Assembly (NCBI GenBank): GCA_963781585.1
Contig: CAWAGQ010000001.1
Location: 1-64,000 of the forward strand
Reading direction: 5' to 3'
From: an uncultured Gemmatimonadaceae bacterium
GTDB taxonomy: Bacteria > Gemmatimonadota > Gemmatimonadetes > Gemmatimonadales > Gemmatimonadaceae
Length of the DNA stretch: 64,000 nucleotides
This document shows, piece by piece, positions 35,727-48,237 of this stretch. The notes under the pieces were generated by a model, which saw only the letters and a program-made list of their open reading frames with translations, had not been told where the DNA came from and made no database searches. A program made the position numbers and the translations under genes. Position 1 is the stretch's first letter; each line of letters starts with the position of its first letter.

Positions 35727-35892
35727 GGCGACGCCGGACCAATACACTCGACCCGGAGCTCAGGGCGGGCGGATTCGTCGGAAGGGGGAGATCCGGCGGG
35801 CGAGCACTCCGGCCAGCCATCGGGTTTCGCTCGCACGCGCGCGCAGGTTTCGCCCGCCCGCCCGCGTAGATTGCGGGTGAACGTCTGCCCAC

Positions 35893-37308
35893 ATGTCCGA
35901 CCTCCTCGCCGCCCGCACCCAGATGGCGGTCTCGCTCGGCTTTCACATCGTCTTCGCCGAGATCGGGATCGCCATGCCCCTCATGATGGTGCTCGCCGAG
36001 TGGCGGGCGCGGCGCACGGGCGACCCTGCATACCTCGAACTCGCGAAGCGGTGGGCGAGGGGTACCGCGATCCTCTTCGCCGTCGGTGCCGTGTCCGGAA
36101 CGGTGCTCTCGTTCGAACTCGGGCTGCTCTGGCCCGCGTTCATGCGCTTCTCGGGCGCCCTCATCGGCATGCCCTTCTCGCTCGAGGGCTTTGCGTTCTT
36201 CACCGAGGCGATCTTCCTCGGCGTCTATCTATATGGATGGGACCGGGTCTCTCCGCGGGCTCACATGGGGGCCGGAGTGATCGTCGCGGCGAGCGGGGCG
36301 GCGTCGGCGATCTTCGTGGTGATGGTAAACGCGTGGATGAACACGCCCACCGGATACGAGCTCGCGGTCGGCGGCCGACTGACCGGGATCGATCCGATCG
36401 CGGGGATGATGAGCCCGGCCACCGCACCGCAGGCGGTGCACATGCTGCTCGCTGCCTACGCTTCGACCGGACTGGCGGTGGCCGGGATCCACGCGGCCAT
36501 GATCCGGCGTGGGGCGGCGTCACGCTTTCATCGCTACGCACTCACTACGGCGCTGGCGGTGGGTGCTCCGGCGGCCGTGCTGCAGCCGATCTCCGGCGAT
36601 TTCAGCGCGCGTCTGGTGGCCCGCACACAGCCGGTGAAGCTGGCGGCGCTCGAGGGGCAGTTCGAGAGCGAGCGCGGCGCTCCGTTGCGTATCGGCGGAT
36701 GGGCGGACGAGAAACACGAAGAGACGCGGTGGGCGATAGAGATTCCGCACGGTCTGTCGTTGCTGGCGTTTCACCGGTTGAACGCGGAGGTCCAGGGATT
36801 GAAAGCGTTCCCGCGCGACCTGCGGCCCCCGGTGCGGCCGGTTCACGTGAGTTTTCAGGTGATGGTCGGACTGGGATTGGCGGCTGCGGCGGCAAGCCTG
36901 TGGGCCATGTGGACCGCATTCCGACGCCGGGATATCACGGCCAATCGGTCGCTCCTCGGCGCCCTGGCGCTCGTCACGCCATTCGGATTCATCGCCACCG
37001 AAGCCGGATGGACGGTCACCGAAGTCGGTCGCCAGCCGTGGGTGGTGCAGGGACTCCTGCTCACCCGTGACGCAGTGACGCCGATGCCGGGGCTGGTAGT
37101 CCCGATGCTTGCGATCATGCTGCTCTATCTGGGGCTGGCCGCTGTGGTGGTGGTGCTCATCGGGTCGATGGTGCGGGAAACGGCGGTGCGCGTGGTTCCC
37201 ACGGGGGACGCCGCACCATCGGTTGAGCGCGACGCGGATGCCGGGGGACGGGGAGGTGGCAGGGGGAAACGAGGGCGGGGGGCGCAGGGCGTGAGCGACC
37301 AGCCATGA
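35893..37308 (+). CDS. cydA: Cytochrome bd ubiquinol oxidase subunit I
   Basis: SLGFHIVF, FAVGAVSGTVLSFELG, EGFAFFTEAIFLG, NAWMNTP, QPVKLAALEG, EAGWTVTEVGRQPW. Confidence 0.96.
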   Translation: MSDLLAARTQMAVSLGFHIVFAEIGIAMPLMMVLAEWRARRTGDPAYLELAKRWARGTAILFAVGAVSGTVLSFELGLLWPAFMRFSGALIGMPFSLEGFAFFTEAIFLGVYLYGWDRVSPRAHMGAGVIVAASGAASAIFVVMVNAWMNTPTGYELAVGGRLTGIDPIAGMMSPATAPQAVHMLLAAYASTGLAVAGIHAAMIRRGAASRFHRYALTTALAVGAPAAVLQPISGDFSARLVARTQPVKLAALEGQFESERGAPLRIGGWADEKHEETRWAIEIPHGLSLLAFHRLNAEVQGLKAFPRDLRPPVRPVHVSFQVMVGLGLAAAAASLWAMWTAFRRRDITANRSLLGALALVTPFGFIATEAGWTVTEVGRQPWVVQGLLLTRDAVTPMPGLVVPMLAIMLLYLGLAAVVVVLIGSMVRETAVRVVPTGDAAPSVERDADAGGRGGGRGKRGRGAQGVSDQP

Positions 37309-38351
37309 GCGCGACGGTTGACGGCATCGGATTGCCCGAGGTGCTGGCGGGGGTCGTGGTGCTGGCGCTCAACGCCTACGTCCTCACGGGCGGCGCGGAC
37401 TTCGGCGGCGGGGTGTGGGATCTGCTCGCGACAGGGTCACGGAAGCAGCGGCAGCGTGATCTGGTGGCGCGTGCGATCGGGCCGATCTGGGAAGCGAATC
37501 ATGTCTGGCTGATCGTCGCGATCGTGGTACTGTTCACCGCCTTCCCTGGTGCCTTCGCGGCGATCACCGTCGTGCTGCACATCCCACTGACGATCATGCT
37601 GATCGGCATCGTCCTGCGAGGTGCGGCGTTCGTTTTCCGGAACTACGGCAGCCGGGAGACCGCGTCGCAGCGCCGGTGGGAGCGGGTGTTCGCGGTGACG
37701 AGCACCCTCGCGCCGGTTTTCCTCGGCGTGAACGTGGGCGCGATCGCGTCGGGCGCGGTGGGGGCGCGGATCGGTTCCGACGGATTGCCGGTGAGTAGTG
37801 GATCATTTGTCGCGGGGTACGTGTGGCCGTGGCTGGCGCCGTTCCCGATTGCGGTGGGTGCGCTGTCGCTCGCGCTGTTCGCGATGCTGGCCGCGGTGTA
37901 CCTCACCATCGAGGCGGACGAACCGGCCTTGCGCGCCGACTTCCGGCGCCGCGCGCTGGGCGCGGCGGGCGCGGTGATGGTGGTCGCGTTAGGCGGCCTG
38001 GCGGTGGCGCGGTCGGAGGCGCCGCGAATGCACCTCGGGCTGACCGGCGCCGCCTGGGCGCTTCCACTCCAGCTCCTGGTCGGACTGAGTGCGTGCACGA
38101 CCCTGTTCGCACTCCTGGGACGGCGCTGGGCCCTGGCCCGCGTGGCCGCCGCGGTCCAGGCCTCACTGATGCTCTGGGGGTGGGCGCTGGCGCAGTATCC
38201 CTATCTCGTCCCCTCCGCAATCGGCATCCGGCCGGCGGCAGCGCCGGCTGTTACGCTGCGCCTCCTGTCGCTGGCTCTGCTCGGCGGCGCGGCGGTGCTG
38301 GTGCCCTCGTTGCTCTACCTCTTCCGCACCTTCGCGGCGGCGAAACGGTGA
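37305..38351 (+). CDS. cydB: Cytochrome bd ubiquinol oxidase subunit II
   Basis: YVLTGGADFGGGVWDL, IGPIWEANHVWLI, LRGAAFVFR; ATGA overlap with cydA. Confidence 0.95.
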   Translation: MSATVDGIGLPEVLAGVVVLALNAYVLTGGADFGGGVWDLLATGSRKQRQRDLVARAIGPIWEANHVWLIVAIVVLFTAFPGAFAAITVVLHIPLTIMLIGIVLRGAAFVFRNYGSRETASQRRWERVFAVTSTLAPVFLGVNVGAIASGAVGARIGSDGLPVSSGSFVAGYVWPWLAPFPIAVGALSLALFAMLAAVYLTIEADEPALRADFRRRALGAAGAVMVVALGGLAVARSEAPRMHLGLTGAAWALPLQLLVGLSACTTLFALLGRRWALARVAAAVQASLMLWGWALAQYPYLVPSAIGIRPAAAPAVTLRLLSLALLGGAAVLVPSLLYLFRTFAAAKR

Positions 38352-38406
38352 GCGGGCGGGGGTGTTCGGTTACGCTCGAATCGTGCAGGGACTAGGTTGA
38401 CCACCC

Positions 38407-40533
<2,127 letters not shown>

Positions 40534-40558
40534 CCAGCCGGTCACATCCCACGGCGGA

Positions 40559-43514
40559 ATGAGCCCACCCTCTTCCACCTATCGCCTCCAGCTCAGCCGG
40601 GAATTCCCATTCGCCCGCGTTGAGGACTTGATCCCCTACCTCAAGGAGCTGGGCGTCGGAGCCGTGTATCTCAGCCCCATCCTGCTGGCGCGCCCCGGCA
40701 GCACCCACGGATACGACATCTGCGACCACAACCGCATCAATCCGGAGCTGGGTGCCGAGGAGGGCTTCGAGGCGTTGTCCCGAGTGCTCCGCGCGGTGGA
40801 CATGGGGTGCATTCTGGATTTCGTGCCTAACCATATGGGCGCGGATCCGCTCACCAACCCATGGTGGTGGGACGTGCTCGAAGAACGGACCCTCGTCTCC
40901 CTTCGGTCGCTACTTCGACATCGACTGGGAGCCGGTGAAGCCGGACCTCAAGGGCAAGGTGCTCCTCCCCGTACTGGGAGACCAGTATGGCCGCGTGCTG
41001 GAGCGGGGAGAGCTGCGGCTGGAATTCGCGCAGGGCTCCCCGGTCGTGCGCTACTTCGAGCATCGCTTTCCCATCAACCCGCGCATGGCGCCCATGGTGC
41101 TGGGTTACGGCGTCGAGAAGGGCCGCCTGCCCGGGTCGGAGAGCGAACCGCACACCATCGAGTTCCTGAGCATCCTCACCGCGCTGCGGAACCTTCCCGG
41201 CTATCTGGAAACCGACGCGGCCAAGATCCGTGAACGGCAGCGCGAGAAGGAAGTCGCCCGGCGACGCTTGGCAGTACTGGCCGAGGAATCGATTCCGGTG
41301 CGGACGTTCATCGACGCCAACCTGGCCGCGTTCAACGGAACGCCGGGCAACGCACGAAGCTTCGATCTGCTGCACGCGCTCCTCGAGAGCCAGGCGTATC
41401 GCCTCGCCTACTGGCGCACCGCCGGCCACGAGATCAACTACCGCCGGTTCTTCGACATCAACGGCTTGCTCGCGATTCGCGTGGAGCTGCCGGAAGTGCG
41501 GGAGGCCACCCATGGGCTGCTGCTGGATCTGATCCGCCGCGGCCGAGCGACCGGTGTGCGACTCGACCACGTGGACGGACTGTACGATCCCAAGGGATAC
41601 CTGCACGCGTTGCGCGCGATGACGGCCGACGCGACGCGCGGCGGTAATGCGAAGCCGGAACAGGTCCCGGGCGACACCACCTATATGGTTGTGGAGAAGA
41701 TCCTCTGCGGCGACGAGCGGTTGCGCGCCGACTGGCCGGTCGACGGGACCACCGGCTACGAGTTCCTGAACGATCTGAACGGCCTGTTCGTGGACCACGA
41801 AGGAGTGACGCGGCTGCAGCGACTGTACACGCGCTTCACCGGCCGAAGCGAGGCGCCGGACCGGGAGACCCGCGAATGCAAGCGACTCATCCTCGACACA
41901 TCGATGGGCAGCGAGCTGAACGTCCTCGCCAATCTTCTGGACCGTCTGTCGGAGACCGACCGAACCAGCCGGGACTTCACCCTGGACACGCTCCGCGATG
42001 TCCTGCGCGAGACCATCGCGTCGTTCCCCAACTACCGCACGTACGGACGACGCGAGGGCTTCGCACTGGAAGACGTGGATACGGTGGACGCCGCGCTTGT
42101 CGATGCCATGCGGGAAAACCCCGCCATGGAAACGTCGAGCTTCGCCTTTCTTCGATCGATGCTGTTGCCCTTCGAGCCCGCATCGGAGCAGCCGCCCGGA
42201 TCCTCGCTGTCGCGCGACGCGCGGCTGGACTTCGCGATGAAGTTCCAGCAACTCACCGGACCCGTGCAGGCGAAGGGAGTGGAGGATACCGCCTTCTATC
42301 GAGACGGTGCGCTCCTCTCGCTGTGCGAGGTTGGCGGGGATCCGTCGTCGACCGGCATGGATATCGGTGCGTTCCATCGGCGCCTGGATGGACGACAGCG
42401 CGCCTTCCCCCGGGGGATGACGACAACCGCTACGCACGACACCAAGCGAGGTGAGGATGCGCGCGCCCGGCTCAATGTGTTGACCGAGATGCCCGAAGCC
42501 TGGCGGCGGGTCGTTCTCCGCCTGGCTCGGCTCATGACGCCGTGCCGCGCGTCGCTGCCCCCGGAAATTCCCACGCGCAACGACGAGTACATCCTGTATC
42601 AATCCCTGGTGGGGTGCTGGCCGCTCGCGGCCGATGGCAAGCCCGTACCCGCCGACACGGAGCTGGTGGCGCGCGTGCGCCAATTCCTGCTCAAGGCAGC
42701 ACGCGAAGCCAAGCTGCAGACCAGCTGGATCAACCAGAATCTCGAGTACGAGCGTGCGCTGGCGGACTTCCTGGATACGCTGTTGGGAGAGCGCCTGCGG
42801 TCGCGGTTTCAGCGGATCTTCTTCCCGTTCCTCACCACCTGCGCGCAGCTTGGAGCCGCCAACTCGCTCGCGCAGGTGGTGGCCAGGTGCAGCGCCCCTG
42901 GCGTACCGGATGTATTCCAGGGCACCGAAATCTGGGATCTGTCGCTCGTGGATCCGGACAACCGGCGGCCGGTGGACTACGCCCTGCGGACGCGGTCGCT
43001 GGAGTCCTTCCGGATCTGGCTGGATCCGGCCGCGGACCCACCAGGGCGTAGCGAATTCGCCAGGGAGCTCCTCGCCGCCTGGCCGGACGGTCGCATCAAG
43101 CAGTATTTGCTCGGACGGTGTTTACGCTGGCGAGCGCACCATCCCGCGCTGTTTCTGTCGGGCGCGTACCGCCCCCTTGAATTCGAGAGCGGCGCCTCGT
43201 CTCCATGGATTGCCTGGGCGCGGGAGCACGGTGATGAGGCACTGGTCAACTGTTTCTGCACGCGGGCGACAGAGGTGAGCAGGGCTCTCGCGGGCGGCAA
43301 TGACCGGCAGCCTCCACGGGCTCCGATGCTCGGTGACGCCCTGCAGGTGCCTGTGGAGTGGGCTGGCCGGGACGTCGTGCACCTCTTCACCGGCGCGCGC
43401 CATACCCTGCGGAGGGACGGAACCAGTTGCCGGGTGCCGTTCGAGTGGCTGACCGCGGAGTTTCCGGTGGCCTGGCTGTGGCTGGCGTCGCCCGGATCCC
43501 GATCCGGAGCCTGA
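40559..43514 (+). pseudogene. treY: Malto-oligosyltrehalose synthase TreY with a +1 frameshift at about 40881-40883 (pseudogene or sequencing error)
   Basis: Frame 1: [37 protein letters not shown]. Frame 2: [67 protein letters not shown]. Confidence 0.92.
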
Positions 43515-43524
43515 CGTTGCTGCG

Positions 43525-45390
43525 CTACTTGCTCCCGCTGTCCGCTTTCACTGCGCGCCGCGGTGCCAGGTCGACCTCCGTCAGGGCGCGCACCGTGTGC
43601 GCCACCAGTGAGTCCGCGCCGGCCAGCGGCGTGTCAGCCGGCGCACGCGCCGACGCACCACGCGCCGAATAGGCACCGATCGCGCCGAGATCACGCACGG
43701 TCACGGACCAGACGACCGAGCTGTCGCGCGCAAAGCCGACGTACAGCGAGACAAAGAGGTCGACGTTCATCAGGTCGGCGATCGCGTCGATGGAGCGCGT
43801 CTTCTGCAGCGCGGCGCGCGAGCTGTCGGCGTCGATCGGGAGGAAGCGGGGATTCCGCGCGATGGCCTGTCGGAGACTGTCAACGAGCGTCAGCACCGTC
43901 GGTTCGAGGGATCGGGCGCGTGGGCTCATCACCGGCCAGGAGACGAACGTGCGCCGGGGCGGTCCGAGGTTTGCGCGACGCTCGGCGAACGCCTCACGCG
44001 AGAGCTGGCGCGAACCGCCGACGATCACCGGCGGCGCTGGGGGCTCCACGCGCGGCCCGGTTCCGAAGCGGAGTACGCGCAGCGACTCGAACGCCGCGGC
44101 ACCGCGCACCAGGGCCTGTACGTCCGGCACGCCGCGGACGCGCGCCACCGAGTCGAGCACCGCCCGCTGGATCTCGCCCCGCAGGGAATCGGCAAGCCGG
44201 ATGACCTGCTGCGAGGTCTCCACGCCGGGGCTGGGCGACGGCGCCGTCGACGGACGCTCCTTCGTGCGGGCAGAGTCCTGCCGCGCGCGTGTCGCCGCGC
44301 GCTGCTCCTGCAGTTTCTGCTCGATGGCCCGGGCGATTGCCATCGAGTCGTCATGGGTGAGCAGCACCGGTTGCGAGACGGCGGAATCTCCGGTCGCCAG
44401 GCGGGGGGGCGGGGCCGCGACCTGGCGGCGCTGCATCCAGATCGCGGCGAGCGCGATCGCCGCCAATCCGAACGCGGCCGCGATGATCCAGCGATGAGAC
44501 CGCTGCCCCGTGGTCCGATAGGGCGCCGCGCTCCCGGTCGAGACATCCATCTCGCCGAGCGTCGCGGCCACCTCGGCTGCGGTCTGCGGCCGGTCGGCTG
44601 GGTTCTTCGCGAGACAGCGAGCGAGCAGCGTGGCGAGTGCGGGCGGCACGTCCGGCCTCGTGCGTGAGATCGGCTCGGGAATCCGCGTGAGCTGCGCCGC
44701 CATCGTTTCCTGCGGCGAGGGGGCCTTGAAGGGCGCCTCGCCCGCAAGCAGCTCGTAGCCCAGGAGCCCCAGCGCGTAGATGTCGACGCGATGGTCCGCG
44801 GCCGGATCGCCCGCCAGCTGTTCGGGCGCCATGTATTGCGGGGTGCCGATGGCCATTCCGCTGGACGTCGTCCCGACCTTGGGAAGCGACGCCGAGATCG
44901 CCTTGGCGACCCCGAAGTCCGTGACCATCGCGTGCGATCCGCTGCGCAGTACGTTCCCGGGCTTGATGTCGCGGTGGATGACGCCGCGGGCGTGTGCGTA
45001 GGCGAGCGCATCCGCCACGTCATGCAGTATGCGAACGACGTCTCGCGGGGAGAACCGCACCCCTTCGTGCACCGCCTGACGCAGCGACTCGCCCTCGATG
45101 AAGGGCATGGTGAAGAAAAGGAGGTCGCCGTGCATGCCCGCGGTGTGGAGCGGCACGATGTGCGGGTGCTGGAGCTGAGCGGCCAGCTGGATCTCGCGCC
45201 GGAAGCGTTCCCGGTTGACTCCGGCCGCGAGTTCCGGCGGGAGGACCTTGATCACGACCTGGCGGTTCAGCGCGCGCTCGATGGCGACGAAGACGCGGCT
45301 CATCCCGCTTCCGGCCAGCTCGCGTTCGATCTGGTACGCGTCTCCCAGCGCCGCGCGGAGATCGGAATCGAAGTCGTGGGTCTCGGACAT
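43525..45390 (-). CDS. Hanks-type Ser/Thr protein kinase with one TM and a C-terminal domain
   Basis: ELAGSGMSRVF, VVIKVL, HRDIKPGN, DFG, GTPQYMAPEQ; TM WIIAAAFGLAAIALAAIW. Confidence 0.93.
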   Translation of the reverse strand: MSETHDFDSDLRAALGDAYQIERELAGSGMSRVFVAIERALNRQVVIKVLPPELAAGVNRERFRREIQLAAQLQHPHIVPLHTAGMHGDLLFFTMPFIEGESLRQAVHEGVRFSPRDVVRILHDVADALAYAHARGVIHRDIKPGNVLRSGSHAMVTDFGVAKAISASLPKVGTTSSGMAIGTPQYMAPEQLAGDPAADHRVDIYALGLLGYELLAGEAPFKAPSPQETMAAQLTRIPEPISRTRPDVPPALATLLARCLAKNPADRPQTAAEVAATLGEMDVSTGSAAPYRTTGQRSHRWIIAAAFGLAAIALAAIWMQRRQVAAPPPRLATGDSAVSQPVLLTHDDSMAIARAIEQKLQEQRAATRARQDSARTKERPSTAPSPSPGVETSQQVIRLADSLRGEIQRAVLDSVARVRGVPDVQALVRGAAAFESLRVLRFGTGPRVEPPAPPVIVGGSRQLSREAFAERRANLGPPRRTFVSWPVMSPRARSLEPTVLTLVDSLRQAIARNPRFLPIDADSSRAALQKTRSIDAIADLMNVDLFVSLYVGFARDSSVVWSVTVRDLGAIGAYSARGASARAPADTPLAGADSLVAHTVRALTEVDLAPRRAVKADSGSK

Positions 45391-45633
45391 CAGATAGTCG
45401 GCGTGTGATCGGAACCTACGCGTCCCCACCCGGCGGGAACAGCGGCAGTGTCGCCCGTCGGTTAGACACGCGCCATCCGGGATTGGCTCACATACCTGCG
45501 AGTCCTGGCTGCGCACGGAATCGCCGGGGCCCAAACCGCGGCGCCGGCGAGGAAGGTCTGGCGATACCGCTCTTGCCGCACTTGTTGACCGGTGACCTCG
45601 TCATATCGCTCCCGACGGGTCTCAAGGAGTTCG

Positions 45634-46290
45634 TCAGGGCGGCCGTCGATACCGCCTGACGTACGTGGGTGTCGCGATGCCGGGTTTCACGCGAGGGTCG
45701 CCGATCGGCTTCCCTGGTTGGAGCGACAGGGGCAGGACGCCGGCCCATGTCGCGAGCGCGTAGTCCTCTTCTTCGTCCAGGGGCGGTCCGGTGCGGACCT
45801 TGGCGGACGCGGACGAGATCGGGACCGCGACCACGCTGGTCGCATTCAGTTCCTGCCGGCTCGGCGGACGCACGTCGCGCCAACGGCCGCGGGCGATGTG
45901 GTCGGCAAATGCCTCGAGCGCGGCCAGCTTTTCCTCGTTCGACTCGACCAGACGCCCCGTTCCGAAGAGCACCACTGACCGATAGTTCATGGAGTGATGG
46001 AAGATCGATCGGGCGAGGACGATTCCATCCAGCAGCGTGATCGCGACCGATACGGGATTGCCATCGGCGACGTGACGCAGCAGTCTGCTGGTCCGTGCGC
46101 CGTGCAGCAGCAGCACGTCGTCCATGCGGGCGTGAAGCGTGGGAATGACGATGGGATGTCCGTCGGCGACGATCCCGACGTGGCAGACGAGGGCCTCGTC
46201 GATGATCGCGTACACGCTCGTGCGATCGTATCGGCCGCGCCCGGGAAGGCGCCTGACGCGATTGCGTGGCGTAACGGGGAAGTGAGGCAT
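45634..46290 (-). CDS. Pyridoxamine 5'-phosphate oxidase-like flavin-binding protein (NimA family)
   Basis: RGRYDR...IIDEALVCHVG...PIVIPT...LHG, DGIVLARSIFHHSMNYRSVV, SAKVRTGPP..EEDY...WAGVLPL. Confidence 0.9.
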   Translation of the reverse strand: MPHFPVTPRNRVRRLPGRGRYDRTSVYAIIDEALVCHVGIVADGHPIVIPTLHARMDDVLLLHGARTSRLLRHVADGNPVSVAITLLDGIVLARSIFHHSMNYRSVVLFGTGRLVESNEEKLAALEAFADHIARGRWRDVRPPSRQELNATSVVAVPISSASAKVRTGPPLDEEEDYALATWAGVLPLSLQPGKPIGDPRVKPGIATPTYVRRYRRPP

Positions 46291-46459
46291 TGGGAGACCA
46301 GAGACCAGAGGTCGGGCGTGGGTGTTCGGGAGGTCGGAACTTCGCAGCGTTGTTCCGCGCGTCAAGCGCCGGCTCCCCGGTCTGCCGGAGAATGACGCGA
46401 GTTGTTGCGTCGTGGCTTCCGGGACAGGAGCTCCGGGACGACCACTCGCACCAGCCGTC

Positions 46460-48136
46460 TCAGGGGAGCCCGTACGACACCGGTGGCACCGACGCGCCGT
46501 GGCACCCTCTCGCCGGCCGCGGGGGCACGCGCAGATTGGCCACGGGCTGCACACCGGCCGAGTCGGCGGCAGAGCCGTCTGTCAGATCGTAGAGCCAGGC
46601 ACCGACAGATCCGTCGTCGAGTTGCATGTCATGGTTCGCGCGCTCCACGTGGTAGAGCTCGTGCCCGATCTGGTTGGCACGGTGGAGGATGATTGCTGGG
46701 TCGTTGAGCCGTCCCGCGGGGACGAAGACGATCCACACGCGGCGATGCCCATGCAGCAGATCGAGCTCGCGACCATACATATCGAGGTCGCGGGCGTGAC
46801 AGGTACCGAGCAAGGTCGGAAAACCGGCGAGGCCGGCGCGCGGGCCGTACCGCGTCCAGACGTGCCAGCTGCTGTAGGGCACGTAGAACACGTCGCCCGC
46901 CCGCGCGCGCTGGGCGACCGCTTCGAACACCGGTCGCACATCCTGGACGTAGTAGGGTGGGCGATGAATCACCAGCCAGCCTAACGAGGGCAGGGCGGCG
47001 AGCGATGCGACCGCCGTCGCGCGCCACAGGCGCTCCTGCCCGAACGTCAGCTGAATCCCTGCCGCAATGCCAGCCGCGAGAAGAAGGGCGAGCTGCGGCG
47101 CCAGGAAGACGCTCAGCCGGCCCCCGAAGGGATACTGCCGGAACGCCGCGGCCAGCAGCGCGATCGCCAGCGGACCGAGCAGGAGCATCACCGAGCGCCG
47201 GTCGCGACGCCAGAGCTGCACCGCGCCCAGCGCGGCCACAAAGACGCACACGCGACCGATCGGGGCGTTCATCAGCCCGTCAAACTCGACGCGGATCATG
47301 TAGAACGGCCAGCGCAAGTCGGCGACGGACGTGGGCGGAATGGTCGGGAAACTGGCGCGCCAGGTGTTACTCAGGAATGCCAATGTGTCCGGTGCGACGT
47401 GGGCGCGCGCAAACAGGACTGACGCGACGGCAGAGGCCGCCCAGGTTGCGACAATCGTCAGGAGCCGCGCGCGCTCGTTGCCGCGCACGTGGACGGAGTC
47501 GAGTAGCAACACTGCGCCCGCGGCCGCGAGCACGAACACCGCGGGTAGCGAGAACCAGGGCGCCGCGACACCGCACACCGCAAGGGCGACCCGCGCCCGG
47601 GTGCTCCGCGCCCGCGGAATGAGCACGGCCAGCAGCGTGACGCCCGCCGAAATGGCGAGATCTCCCGCGTACTGCTTCCCTTGGGCGGCCCACCAGATGG
47701 TGCGCGCCGAGAGCCCGAGCAGCAGAACGGGAAGAAACGCCAGGCTCGGCGCGAAATACGTCCGGGCCAGTCGTGCCGTGAAGATGAGGCCGGCGATCGT
47801 CATGGCGAGCGCGTAGGCGCGCAGCGCCAACTCGGCGGGACCGAACATCGCCACGGCGAGTTTCTCGATGGCGAGGAATCCGGGTGGGGCTACCTGATCG
47901 AAGTCCAGGGGACGGTGCAGCAGCCCGCCCAGCGATCGGTCGACCACGTTCCGGGCGATCGCCATTTCGTCCACCCAGAGCGACGGATCGGAGAAGTACT
48001 GCCAGGCCGCCAGGGCGATCCCGATCAGGACCGCAACGACCAGGAGCCGATTCCCGTCGACCCACGAGCCGGACTGTTCCCGTTCGGCGGGAGCGGTCAC
48101 CCCGTTCACGGGCGACACATTGCCTTCGACCTGCAC
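46460..48136 (-). CDS. Polytopic membrane GT-C type (GT39/ArnT-like) glycosyltransferase
   Basis: SLWVDE acidic motif after TM1, QVAPPGF, ELALR, KQYAGD, YPFGGRL; many TMs. Confidence 0.7.
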   Translation of the reverse strand: MQVEGNVSPVNGVTAPAEREQSGSWVDGNRLLVVAVLIGIALAAWQYFSDPSLWVDEMAIARNVVDRSLGGLLHRPLDFDQVAPPGFLAIEKLAVAMFGPAELALRAYALAMTIAGLIFTARLARTYFAPSLAFLPVLLLGLSARTIWWAAQGKQYAGDLAISAGVTLLAVLIPRARSTRARVALAVCGVAAPWFSLPAVFVLAAAGAVLLLDSVHVRGNERARLLTIVATWAASAVASVLFARAHVAPDTLAFLSNTWRASFPTIPPTSVADLRWPFYMIRVEFDGLMNAPIGRVCVFVAALGAVQLWRRDRRSVMLLLGPLAIALLAAAFRQYPFGGRLSVFLAPQLALLLAAGIAAGIQLTFGQERLWRATAVASLAALPSLGWLVIHRPPYYVQDVRPVFEAVAQRARAGDVFYVPYSSWHVWTRYGPRAGLAGFPTLLGTCHARDLDMYGRELDLLHGHRRVWIVFVPAGRLNDPAIILHRANQIGHELYHVERANHDMQLDDGSVGAWLYDLTDGSAADSAGVQPVANLRVPPRPARGCHGASVPPVSYGLP

Positions 48137-48237
48137 ACGAGCGAAATCATGCCGTCCTCAAGACCGCTGCGTGGTGAGCGCCGTCATTCGCGCGACGTGC
48201 GCGGTGATTTCTGAGCGTGTGCGGAGCTCCTGGTCGC

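Noticed and set aside
35868..35877. TAGATTGCGG shared upstream of cydA and the cupin gene (about 56567)
   Set aside because: Only two copies, and it is explained by an ordinary -10-like TAGATT element.
40877..40890. Programmed ribosomal frameshift in treY
   Set aside because: No slippery heptamer or homopolymer run; an indel or sequencing error is simpler.
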